From NCBI GenBank assembly GCA_050014195.1, contig JBEKDT010000002.1:128001-192000 (forward strand): 64,000 bases of DNA. The letters run 5' to 3'. How positions within the stretch are numbered: position 1 is the first letter of the stretch; each line of letters starts with the position of its first letter. This stretch comes from Desulfomonilia bacterium (GTDB lineage Bacteria; Desulfobacterota; Desulfomonilia; UBA1062). The notes beneath the pieces were generated by a model. It was not told the DNA's origin, made no database searches, and worked only from the letters and a program-made list of their open reading frames with translations. This document shows positions 10,618-18,926 of the stretch, piece by piece. A program made the translations under genes and the position numbers.

Positions 10618-12720
10618 TCAATGTGGAGTCTCCTGCTTTTCGAGTTCCTCTTTGGACTTCTGCTGCTTTTGGAGTTCCTCCTTGGACTTCTCCCGTTTAA
10701 CCGGCTTTGCAGGATTCTCTTTCTTCGGGGCTACGCCCGGAGCCGGTTTTGCCGGTTTGACGCGTTCAGGTCCCGGCTGCTCGGGCCGTACCGGCTGCTT
10801 CTGTGGCCTGCCGATTTGACCGGGCTTTTCAGGTTGGCCGGGTATTTGTGGAGCGACCCGTTCCGGTATCCTGGTTTTGCCGGGTTTTTCCTGCAGAGCA
10901 GGCCGTGCCGGTTTGACGCGTTCTGATCCCACCTGTTCGGGCCGTACCGGCTGCTTCTGTGGCCTGCCGACTTGACCGGGCTTTTCAGATTGGCCGGGTA
11001 TTTGCGGAGCGACTCGTTCCGGTACCCTGGCTTTGCCGGGTTTTTCCTGCAGAGCAGGCCGTGCCGGTTTGACGCGTTCTGATCCCACCTGCTCGGGCCG
11101 TACCGGCGGCTTCTGTGGCTTGCCAAGTTGAACTGGACGTGTTTCTGTTGCTGCCTCTCCGCGCTTTTTGATTTCTTTTTGCTGAAACGGCACTTGAGAT
11201 TCCGGCCGATTTACCTCTTTAGCTGGTACTATACGGTTCGTGATCTTGGGCGACGCAACCCGGGATTCCCGGTTAACCCTGCCTTCCGGGGTGCGCTTTA
11301 CTTGCTGCTGAAGCACGGCGGCGTTTTCTTTACCCTTGTGGATGGTCGTTTCATTTTGCTGGATACGTTTGATTACGCTATTGTGCGGCTTCTGGTTTAC
11401 CGGTTTGTTCGTGTAGTTGTAACGCTGCTTGTTCGTCCCGTAGTTGTTAACCACCGTATTATTGACTACCGGCGCGGCACGGTAGTTGTTGATGATGGTG
11501 GTGTTGTTTATGTTGGTCACCCGGACATTTCTGTAATTGTTCACTTTATAAAAATTGTTCTGGTTGACCACGATGGCACGATCTGCGTAGGCATAATTCC
11601 GGACGTTGATGTTGATCCGGGTGATGTTGACATTATTCACAACCACCGTATGAGGGCCTCCCCAGTGGCGGTGACTGTAATAGGTCTCGCGCGGTGCCAG
11701 AGGCACCCACCCCACATAGGCCCCGCTGTGAATCCATGAAACCCTGCCGGGGTTCCAGAAAAAACCCACGTTGAGCATGGGAAGACCTATCTGCACCATT
11801 GCTACAGGCGGAGCCCAGTACCAGTTATCGCTTACATAAACCCAGTTGCCGTAATGGTGGGTGATGTAACCGAAAGGCTCTGCCGGGATCCATGCTTGAT
11901 CCCCGTACCAATCGGTCCAGCGGCCCATGGTAAAAGGTGACCAGCCTACGGCTACGGTGGTAGGCCGCCAGAACCAGCGCCCGCTTCCCTCATAGGGAAC
12001 CCTCTCCCACCTCCCATTCTCCTCAAGGATATATGCCTCGTCCCGGAGGCTAGGCGGGAGATAATCGGCAGAATGCCCCCGATGCCTTATCCTGTCCGCC
12101 CAAATATTTTCACGAGTGGAGTTCCACCGGTCCCAGTCCGGATCGACGGTTCCTTCACCTGATGACACCTGGTTCTGGTCGGCAAGTATCGATGGAGAAC
12201 CGACCGCCACGTCGTATCTGGCCTCAGTTGCCGAGTGGACGAAACTCACTTTCCCCCTTACCGCAACCACTTCGACGGAGTTGTCGCCCACGTAGAAGTC
12301 AAAGACCGTGCCCGGATAGGCCAAGACGTACCCGAACGGACTTGTGACTTTTATGGCGGTATTGGAGCTTTTATTGTAGAATCGAGCCACGCCCGAAGCT
12401 ACGTCCATTTCAGACAGGTCTGTGTCAAGGGCGATAAACTCGATCTGTGTGCTGTTCCCGGTCCTGATCCAGGTCCCGTTGGGAACAATCAACTCTGCCC
12501 TCCCCGTGCTTCCTGAATAGAGGGTGTCCCCTGCACCGAATGGCGCGTCCTTGACTACAGCCACCCAGTCCTTTTCATCGAGAACATAACCGAGCAGATC
12601 CCCTTCGATATGGTAGACGCGGCCAACCACCACGGCCGGCTCTTCAGCCGCCAGGGAGGGAAGAACCATAATATTCATTGAGACAAACAGAAGGACCAGT
12701 GATTTAAACCATTTCTTCAT
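10618..12720 (-). CDS. Secreted FecR/DUF6600-type protein with Asn-rich and Pro/Lys-rich repeat tail
   Basis: Signal peptide, FecR-like N-domain, Trp/Gly-rich GWSPFTMGRW..PFGYITHHYGNW..GWVPLAPRE block and low-complexity tail; GGAGG RBS. Confidence 0.8.
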   Translation of the reverse strand: MKKWFKSLVLLFVSMNIMVLPSLAAEEPAVVVGRVYHIEGDLLGYVLDEKDWVAVVKDAPFGAGDTLYSGSTGRAELIVPNGTWIRTGNSTQIEFIALDTDLSEMDVASGVARFYNKSSNTAIKVTSPFGYVLAYPGTVFDFYVGDNSVEVVAVRGKVSFVHSATEARYDVAVGSPSILADQNQVSSGEGTVDPDWDRWNSTRENIWADRIRHRGHSADYLPPSLRDEAYILEENGRWERVPYEGSGRWFWRPTTVAVGWSPFTMGRWTDWYGDQAWIPAEPFGYITHHYGNWVYVSDNWYWAPPVAMVQIGLPMLNVGFFWNPGRVSWIHSGAYVGWVPLAPRETYYSHRHWGGPHTVVVNNVNITRININVRNYAYADRAIVVNQNNFYKVNNYRNVRVTNINNTTIINNYRAAPVVNNTVVNNYGTNKQRYNYTNKPVNQKPHNSVIKRIQQNETTIHKGKENAAVLQQQVKRTPEGRVNRESRVASPKITNRIVPAKEVNRPESQVPFQQKEIKKRGEAATETRPVQLGKPQKPPVRPEQVGSERVKPARPALQEKPGKARVPERVAPQIPGQSEKPGQVGRPQKQPVRPEQVGSERVKPARPALQEKPGKTRIPERVAPQIPGQPEKPGQIGRPQKQPVRPEQPGPERVKPAKPAPGVAPKKENPAKPVKREKSKEELQKQQKSKEELEKQETPH
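10751..11130 (-). repeat. Intragenic tandem repeat, ~2.5 x 156 nt (52 aa)
   Basis: GCCGGTTTGACGCGTTC recurs at 10751, 10907 and 11063 (period 156 nt). Confidence 0.92.
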
Positions 12721-13394
12721 TCTTCTCTCCTCCCTGCAGGTTCATCTTTGACCTTTCCTTCAAAGCACATAAATAATTATAAGAACTATTGTTCCAGAGA
12801 ACAACTAGGGTACTGTGTGAAGACATATGTTAATCTTATAGAGTCAATCAACATGTTTGTTCTCATAGACCCGTTTTCCCTGAGTCTGATTTTTTATCAG
12901 CATTCCCACTGTTAGGCTATACGTCCCTGAATGAACCCGGAAATCAAAACAATAGGGAGTCCTTTTATTGGAACCTTACATATATAATCATCAAATTGTT
13001 CCATACAAGGGCGCATGATGAGACCCTGCTTTTAATAAACAACCTGATACATCTTCTCTAAGGTTAGATTGTAGATAACTTCGATAAATTAACGCTTTCA
13101 AAACAGCCCTAAAAGTTGAGGTTTTCGGATGTAATCTATACTCGAAAGCAACTCCTAATAAAGTCAATATAGTATCACGATCGTTATACAAGTTTATTCT
13201 CTCAGAAAGTACACATAGCATGAGGTAATCTTTACTCTGTCACTATTGAAGATATCATTTGGAGATCTCTACATGTTAAGCAGAGAGGCACAATATATAG
13301 ATCTATAAGAGATGCAAGATCCTTGATCATCACAAATCGCACTTTACTGTACGATAGCATCATAACTACTGCAGCTTCATCGAATGATCAGATC

Positions 13395-14534
13395 TCAACT
13401 ATTACATTTTAAACCCAAGATTTTTTCATAAAAATGTATGAGGGTTGATGCCTGTTTTTTATAGCTCCATCTGGTTTGTGCAGTCTCTTTTGCCTTTATC
13501 CCGAAGCCCTGCCTTTTCTCTTTGTTTGAAAGGAGTTCGATTATCTTTTCCGTAAGGACATCTTCTTCCGGCTTCACCACAAAACCATTGACCCCGTCAT
13601 CCACGAACTCAGGTAGCATGCCAAGATCGGAAACTATAGGCGGTATCCCCATGGACATCACCTCTCTTAATGCCCTGGCCGTTCCATCCGTCCCGGCCCT
13701 CATCATGACAAAGATATCGAATGCCGAGATCATGGAAAAATAATCGTCTGAACGGTACCCTGCTAGTATCATGTCGTTTTCTATCCCGAGTTCTTTAATC
13801 AAACCGTTCATGACGATATTGTCCCGGGACCCTCCCCTTCCCAGAACAAGCAGTTTTACTTTATCCATGCGGCCTTTGACCATCTTGAATGCCTTCAGGA
13901 TTATGTCATAGCCGCGGTCTTTTTTCAGTCTCCCCACAACCCCGATAATCCTTTCATCTTCATCGATATGAAAAACATGGCGTGCATCTTCTATTTCACC
14001 TTTATACGATTTCACCCCGGGAGGAATCACACAGGTCTTTTCCACAGGATATTCGAATGTCTTCGTATCGTGATCGATGTTCTTCTTGCTGTAGGCAACG
14101 AGTCCATCGGTTCCGGATAACGCCCATTTCATGAAAGGTCTGGCCGGTATTCCATCCCTTTTATGGTCAGTCCTCACGATCAGGGGTCTTCGTTTATAAA
14201 ATCTTAAAGAAAGGAGAGCAAGAAAATGGTCATGGTCAAGATTGGTATGGACAATATCTATCCCTTCTTGTTCGACATATCTCTTTATGTATTTTATGTC
14301 ATAAAGCCAGTCCTTCAAAGAAAAGTACCGGTTAAGCCTGAACCCCTCAAAAGAGCGTAACCCCCTTTGTTTAACCTCTTTCTCAACGGTATTTTCAGGA
14401 AAGTTTTGGTTGGGTGTCTTTCTGTATGCAATCCTGACATCGACCCCTTCTTTCATGAGGGCCTCGCAGAGGGAAACCACCGGTTCAGAAGACCCTGTCC
14501 ATTTCCAGTCGCTTAATAGATGGAGAACTTTCAT
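13395..14534 (-). CDS. Glycosyltransferase family 4
   Basis: GT-B fold motifs MKVLHL, VGRLKKDRG, REVMSMGIPPIVSDLG and EFVDDGVNGFVV. Confidence 0.9.
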   Translation of the reverse strand: MKVLHLLSDWKWTGSSEPVVSLCEALMKEGVDVRIAYRKTPNQNFPENTVEKEVKQRGLRSFEGFRLNRYFSLKDWLYDIKYIKRYVEQEGIDIVHTNLDHDHFLALLSLRFYKRRPLIVRTDHKRDGIPARPFMKWALSGTDGLVAYSKKNIDHDTKTFEYPVEKTCVIPPGVKSYKGEIEDARHVFHIDEDERIIGVVGRLKKDRGYDIILKAFKMVKGRMDKVKLLVLGRGGSRDNIVMNGLIKELGIENDMILAGYRSDDYFSMISAFDIFVMMRAGTDGTARALREVMSMGIPPIVSDLGMLPEFVDDGVNGFVVKPEEDVLTEKIIELLSNKEKRQGFGIKAKETAQTRWSYKKQASTLIHFYEKILGLKCNS

Positions 14535-14615
14535 TGTTCTTGATCCTCAAGGAGACGCTAACATTGCTGCTACTCGCTGATCAAGTCCTATATGAAATCA
14601 TCTCCGATACATACG

Positions 14616-15038
14616 CTATCTCTGATTCAAGAAAACCTCTTCGAGATGAATGCAAGCACAGGAACTTGATTTCAGCTCTTCAAGGGAACTGAAATCCCGG
14701 GCCTTTGTCCTTGTCTTATCATCCCATGCTACAAATATGATCACATCTTTGCCGTATATTCTGTCAAGGGCCGTCCAGAACCTGTAGAAAGTTGTTTCAC
14801 CGTCTTTGAAAGGATTATTCTGATCCTGATGCCACCCTTCACGAAAATCCGATAGAGTAAGACTCTGGGCTCGCAATTCACAAAGCTTTGTATTCCCAAG
14901 GACTGTGGCCCGGGTGAGGCGTTCGCCATAGGCCTTTGCATGGATGCACGCAAGGTTCATCTTGGTAAAGGCAAGAATGCAGATCATGAGTATGCACAGC
15001 GAGATCAACACTTCAATGAGGGTGAACCCTTTCTTCAT
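14616..15038 (-). CDS. Type IV minor pilin, PilV-like
   Basis: Class III signal MKKG|FTLIEVLISL. Start moved to ATG 15038, which overlaps the upstream stop. Confidence 0.82.
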   Translation of the reverse strand: MKKGFTLIEVLISLCILMICILAFTKMNLACIHAKAYGERLTRATVLGNTKLCELRAQSLTLSDFREGWHQDQNNPFKDGETTFYRFWTALDRIYGKDVIIFVAWDDKTRTKARDFSSLEELKSSSCACIHLEEVFLNQR

Positions 15039-15628
15039 TCGAGCTGCCTCCAAGAACTTATGTATTGATATACCAACACGGTGCCGGATGCCGGAAGTAT
15101 TCTCAGTGCGACCGACCGGTCGCTGGAGAATAGATAGACGGTCCCGGCATTGCAAGCGCCCATGGGAGAAAAGCATACACGATCATCAACAAAGCTGATG
15201 CCATCAGTCGGGATTAACGTATTATTCGGCCCGACCCGGGCGCGGGATCCGAATTTAATACCTTGCCCCAGTGTGTATGGCCCAAGTCGCTGTTCGCCCG
15301 GGTCATACCGGGCGTTCCCATTGATATCACCGAAGGCGCTCCATTGCCCCACTTCAGGTATAAATACAATTCGCCAATGAACCCCTTCCTGGATAGAACG
15401 CTCACGCACATGATGAAAGAACGCGCCCATCTGATCTGCCTGGTTTATAATTGCCTTTCTTGAAGAAAATGCACCGAGACCCGGAATGGCAATAGCAGCT
15501 ATAATACAGATAATGGCAAGGGTCACCACAAGCTCTGCAAGGGTAACCCCTCCACAGAGTCCCAGGGATCCTAGATGGTAACGAGGTCTGACCTTCCCAT
15601 TTCCTTTAAAATAGCATTTGCAATGCAT
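15035..15628 (-). CDS. GspH/FimT-family minor pilin
   Basis: G|VTLAELVVTLAIICII prepilin motif and FSPMG..NAGTVYL..ILPASG FimT-like C-terminus. Start uncertain. Confidence 0.8.
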   Translation of the reverse strand: MHCKCYFKGNGKVRPRYHLGSLGLCGGVTLAELVVTLAIICIIAAIAIPGLGAFSSRKAIINQADQMGAFFHHVRERSIQEGVHWRIVFIPEVGQWSAFGDINGNARYDPGEQRLGPYTLGQGIKFGSRARVGPNNTLIPTDGISFVDDRVCFSPMGACNAGTVYLFSSDRSVALRILPASGTVLVYQYISSWRQLE

Positions 15629-16293
15629 ACACCCCGGAAAAAATCGCCTTCATTGCCGAGACAAGCATATTTGTCCCGGTCACAGGCGTATATCCTCTCA
15701 ATAGGAGTAATATAACGTCGCCAATGAAAAAGTGAAGGGGGGTTAACATCTTCGGAAAAACGGAACCAGGGGCGTATCATATCGTTGCCCATGGGATTGA
15801 CCACTTCAAAGGACTGAAGCGGTACGGACAGAAAGGGCATAAGCCGAGACAGTCTCTTGGTTATCATCCCATGACTCATGTGTGACGGCCCTGCTCCGTA
15901 GATGCCTCAAGTAGCGCTGTGGCTTTGTAGATGATTTTTTGATCAGTGAAAGATATGTCTCATTGCTCTTTTTGACTCTGGTTCGGGTACTATCTGTTAT
16001 TCCGGGTTCCCTGGTGATGGCCTCGAAGGAGTCCATCAATTGCAAAACAAGCCCGTGCTCAGGCTCAATAGATTTCATCAGACGTTTATCGATTTTACTC
16101 AGAATCGGTTCGAGGAGGCCCCTTGAAAACGTCTCGGTAATCAACAGAGGGGTATCTGCCAAGAGCTCGTCGTTGGGGATGTTCGGGGAATTGTCAACCC
16201 ACAAACATGTCAATCGTTTACTTGTGAGATGCGCACATGCAAAAAGCCCTGATATGCCCTCTCCTGATGCGATACGTCATAGGTCCTTTTCAC
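15571..16293 (-). pseudogene. Degraded FAD-dependent oxidoreductase (phytoene-dehydrogenase-like superfamily)
   Basis: GTG at 16293 overlaps the DUF523 stop and reads MKRTYDV. A frameshift leads to GEGISGLFACAHL..WVD (Rossmann GxGxxG). A third frame holds the C-terminal TPIERIYAC..LGNEGDFFRG..ANAILKE. Confidence 0.6.
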
Positions 16294-16763
16294 AACATTA
16301 GCCCATCTTCATTCATCAGGCTAAGCCCCAGGTCTATAAGCATCGCTGAAGTTACGCCATAACCGCGCTGTAAATTCCCTTCTATCCAGACTGTATGGGT
16401 CCCGCACGAAGGGCTCTTCTCTTTTAGTATAGCATACCTCGCCCTGAGAATACGAGCAACTTTACATACCTGTCTGGCACCAAAGAGAAAGGCATGTGTT
16501 ACATCCTGGTCATGTATATCTCTGAGAAAAGCCCTGCCCCTGACAACCGCCGCCCCGTCTCCACCAACAAAATATGCATTCGGGCGTGGTGTGGGTAAAC
16601 CTCCAAGCTGTTCGGGACAGACAGGAATCATGATAATGTCTTGTATTTCCAGAATGGACCTGCGGGTCTTTGATGATCCGTCATATCTGCACCGGATGCC
16701 CAAGAGACAGGCGCTCACGAGAACCGGGCTTTCTAGCCGGCCAAAGGGGGATTGGCGATGCAT
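16290..16763 (-). CDS. DUF523 / 2-thiouracil desulfidase-like protein
   Basis: VSACLLG.CRYDG, PVCPEQLGGLPTPR and LKEKSPSCG are present. Confidence 0.9.
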   Translation of the reverse strand: MHRQSPFGRLESPVLVSACLLGIRCRYDGSSKTRRSILEIQDIIMIPVCPEQLGGLPTPRPNAYFVGGDGAAVVRGRAFLRDIHDQDVTHAFLFGARQVCKVARILRARYAILKEKSPSCGTHTVWIEGNLQRGYGVTSAMLIDLGLSLMNEDGLML

Positions 16764-17386
16764 GCCCCTTCATCCTTATCAAGGCCTTTGATGAATACCT
16801 TTCTCCCGACAATGGTGAGCCTGTCTTGTGCAAAAAGCTCTATTGCCTTTGGGTAAATCTTGTGTTCGAGCCGCAAAATGCGCTCTTTCAGGATGTCTTC
16901 AGTGTCATCCGGGTACACCGGGACCACGGCCTGGATAATTATGGGCCCGGTATCAACACCCTTATCCACAAAATGGACCGTGCATCCGGAAAACCTCACT
17001 CCATAGTCTATGGCCTTCTGGCGGACTCCCAACCCGGGAAAAGACGGCAGCAATGCAGGATGGATGTTCATGACCCTGCCGGGAAACTGCCTGAGGAATC
17101 CTGGTGTAAGCACACGCATGAATCCCGCCAGTGCCACCAGGTCAATCTCGAAGCTCTTAAGGATCTTAATGAGCTCCTCATCAAAGCTCTCTCTATCAGG
17201 ATATTGGGTGTGAGAAACTACCCGGGTCGGAATGCCTCTCTTCTGTGCACGATCCAGCGCGAATACACCGGGAAGATTACTGATGACGATTGATACTTGG
17301 CCATCTATTTCCGAGCGATCACAGGAGTCCATGATGGATTGAAGATTGCTTCCGCTACCCGAAACCAGAACGCCAATGTGAACCAC
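16733..17386 (-). CDS. purN: Phosphoribosylglycinamide formyltransferase
   Basis: SGSGSNLQ, LAGFMR, NIHPALLPSFPG and GCTVHFVD.GVDTGPII are present. Likely GTG start at 17386. Confidence 0.96.
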   Translation of the reverse strand: MVHIGVLVSGSGSNLQSIMDSCDRSEIDGQVSIVISNLPGVFALDRAQKRGIPTRVVSHTQYPDRESFDEELIKILKSFEIDLVALAGFMRVLTPGFLRQFPGRVMNIHPALLPSFPGLGVRQKAIDYGVRFSGCTVHFVDKGVDTGPIIIQAVVPVYPDDTEDILKERILRLEHKIYPKAIELFAQDRLTIVGRKVFIKGLDKDEGACIANPPLAG

Positions 17387-17396
17387 TTGTGTACCC

Positions 17397-18434
17397 CTAC
17401 GAGAGGATAACCGCCTCACCACCCTTAGGCCGGGACTCGATATAGCCGATGACATCAGCTGATTCTTTGAGCCCTTTCAACCTGAGCATCACATCATCCG
17501 CATCTTTGGGGGATACGACCAGCGCCATGCCGATGCCCATGTTGAAGGTCCGATACATCTCTGCACCTTCGATCTTGCCGACGTCCTGAATGAAGCGGAA
17601 TATGGGAGGGACACCCCAGGAGCCCTTCTCTATCACTGCGGACGAACGGGCAGGAAGCACTCTGGGGATGTTGTCAATAAACCCGCCTCCTGTGATATGC
17701 ACGATGCCCTTGATCTCAAATCCCCTCAGAACATTGAGCACACTCTTCACATAGATTCGTGTCGGGGTCAGGAGTTCTTCGGCTAATGTCTTTCCAACAT
17801 CTTCCAGATAATCATCAATGCGCATCTTGGCGCGCTCGAAAAGGACCTTTCTTACGAGAGAAAACCCGTTGCTGTGCAGGCCCGAGGAGTGTATCCCGAT
17901 GAGGACGTCCTTTGCAGAGATGCGAGATCCATCGATGATCTTGTCACTATCTACAACTCCAACACCGAAGCCTGCAACGTCATACTCATCCTCGCGGTAA
18001 AAACCAGGCATCTCGGCTGTCTCGCCGCCGATCAATGCACAGCCGGCTTCCTGGCATCCTCTGGTGATGCTCGATATAATGACCTTGGCACGATCCAGAT
18101 TGAGCTTGCCGGTGGCAAAATAATCGAGAAAAAACAGGGGTTGTGCCCCCACGACGATGAGGTCATTGACCACCATGGCCACAAGATCAATGCCGATACC
18201 CTCATGGTTGTCGGCCATGAATGCTATTTTCAGCTTGGTCCCCACACCATCCGTTGAGGAGACAAGGACCGGTTCGCGATAATTCCCGATATCCAATTTA
18301 AAGAGGCCGGCAAATCCGCCTATACCGCCTATGACCTCAGGCCCATGGGTGGACTTCACGCTTGACTTGATAGCCCTGACAAGAGTGTTCTGTTTATCAA
18401 TATCAACACCTGCATCACGATACGTCAAAGACAT
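17397..18434 (-). CDS. purM: Phosphoribosylformylglycinamidine cyclo-ligase
   Basis: TYRDAGVD, STDGVGTK, GGETAEMPG, SSGLHSNGFSL and HITGGG are present. Confidence 0.97.
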   Translation of the reverse strand: MSLTYRDAGVDIDKQNTLVRAIKSSVKSTHGPEVIGGIGGFAGLFKLDIGNYREPVLVSSTDGVGTKLKIAFMADNHEGIGIDLVAMVVNDLIVVGAQPLFFLDYFATGKLNLDRAKVIISSITRGCQEAGCALIGGETAEMPGFYREDEYDVAGFGVGVVDSDKIIDGSRISAKDVLIGIHSSGLHSNGFSLVRKVLFERAKMRIDDYLEDVGKTLAEELLTPTRIYVKSVLNVLRGFEIKGIVHITGGGFIDNIPRVLPARSSAVIEKGSWGVPPIFRFIQDVGKIEGAEMYRTFNMGIGMALVVSPKDADDVMLRLKGLKESADVIGYIESRPKGGEAVILS

Positions 18435-18516
18435 GGATACCCCCAACTTCCTACCTACTATATGAGAATATTGAGCTAGTCAATCCGCCAATGAAGGTGA
18501 TGTTTATCACTTTAAG

Positions 18517-18555
18517 AAAAAACAGGATGGCGGTTTGGGCATTGCCCGCCATCCC
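18517..18555 (-). terminator. Rho-independent terminator of the candidate sRNA
   Basis: On the minus strand: GGATGGCGG, 12-nt loop, CCGCCATCC, then TGTTTTTT. Confidence 0.85.
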
Positions 18556-18663
18556 TAGAGGAGGTAGTTAGGAGTTATGTGGCTTTGAAGAGGGGTTCCA
18601 ACTCTCTTCGGTTTCTAGTTTCCTTTAGTTGTTGTTATCGTAATCCCCTTATTCACCAGATGA
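18517..18663 (-). ncRNA. Candidate sigma54-dependent small regulatory RNA (~147 nt)
   Basis: Bounded by a perfect sigma54 promoter and an intrinsic terminator, with no credible ORF. Contains AACAACAAC, a hairpin at 18587-18609 and two anti-SD motifs (ACUCCU, ACCUCCU). Confidence 0.7.
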
Positions 18664-18673
18664 CTACCTAATC

Positions 18674-18689
18674 AGCAATGGTCGTGCCA
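18674..18689 (-). promoter_or_regulatory. sigma54 (-24/-12) promoter
   Basis: Minus strand reads TGGCACGACCATTGCT, an exact TGGCAC-N5-TTGCW consensus. Confidence 0.88.
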
Positions 18690-18787
18690 ACATATCTCAT
18701 GACCATCTATCAATCTGTATTTCCAGGTTGATTTTGATAATTAGCCAAATTCTAACCCACTCAAGTGCTCACCATGAAACCTCAAGG

Positions 18788-18836
18788 TGTATATTTTATA
18801 TACAATGGAGGTATACAGTTGTATAAAAGATATACA
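18788..18836. promoter_or_regulatory. Paired enhancer (UAS) sites for a sigma54 activator
   Basis: TGTATA-N5-TATACA palindromes at 18788-18804 and 18820-18836, 32 bp apart and 100-150 bp upstream of the sigma54 promoter. Confidence 0.78.
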
Positions 18837-18926
18837 CTACCCCTTCATGGCACCATCTCTCAAACAGGGAGATTGCTTGCCGGGAGCGATGGCATGAGAG
18901 TTGAAAAGCATAATCCAGGTAATTTT

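Noticed and set aside
10751-11130. Repeats as a CRISPR array
   Set aside because: These are in-frame coding tandem repeats with no unique spacers and no cas genes.
12991-13221. 76-aa minus-strand ORF
   Set aside because: No SD, no motif and an AT-rich context; likely spurious.
18557-18588. Plus-strand GAGGAGG/AGGAG followed by ATG TGG CTT TGA
   Set aside because: Only three codons. The promoter and terminator are oriented on the minus strand, where these motifs read as anti-SD.
18615-18656. 13-codon GTG ORF (MNKGITITTTKGN) inside the candidate sRNA
   Set aside because: No SD and it begins a few nt from the predicted 5' end. Not excluded, but unsupported.
18765-18926. N-terminal extension of the sensor kinase ORF from GTG 18765
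   Set aside because: It runs through the enhancer palindromes, has no SD and does not look protein-like. The real start is probably at 18894-18945.
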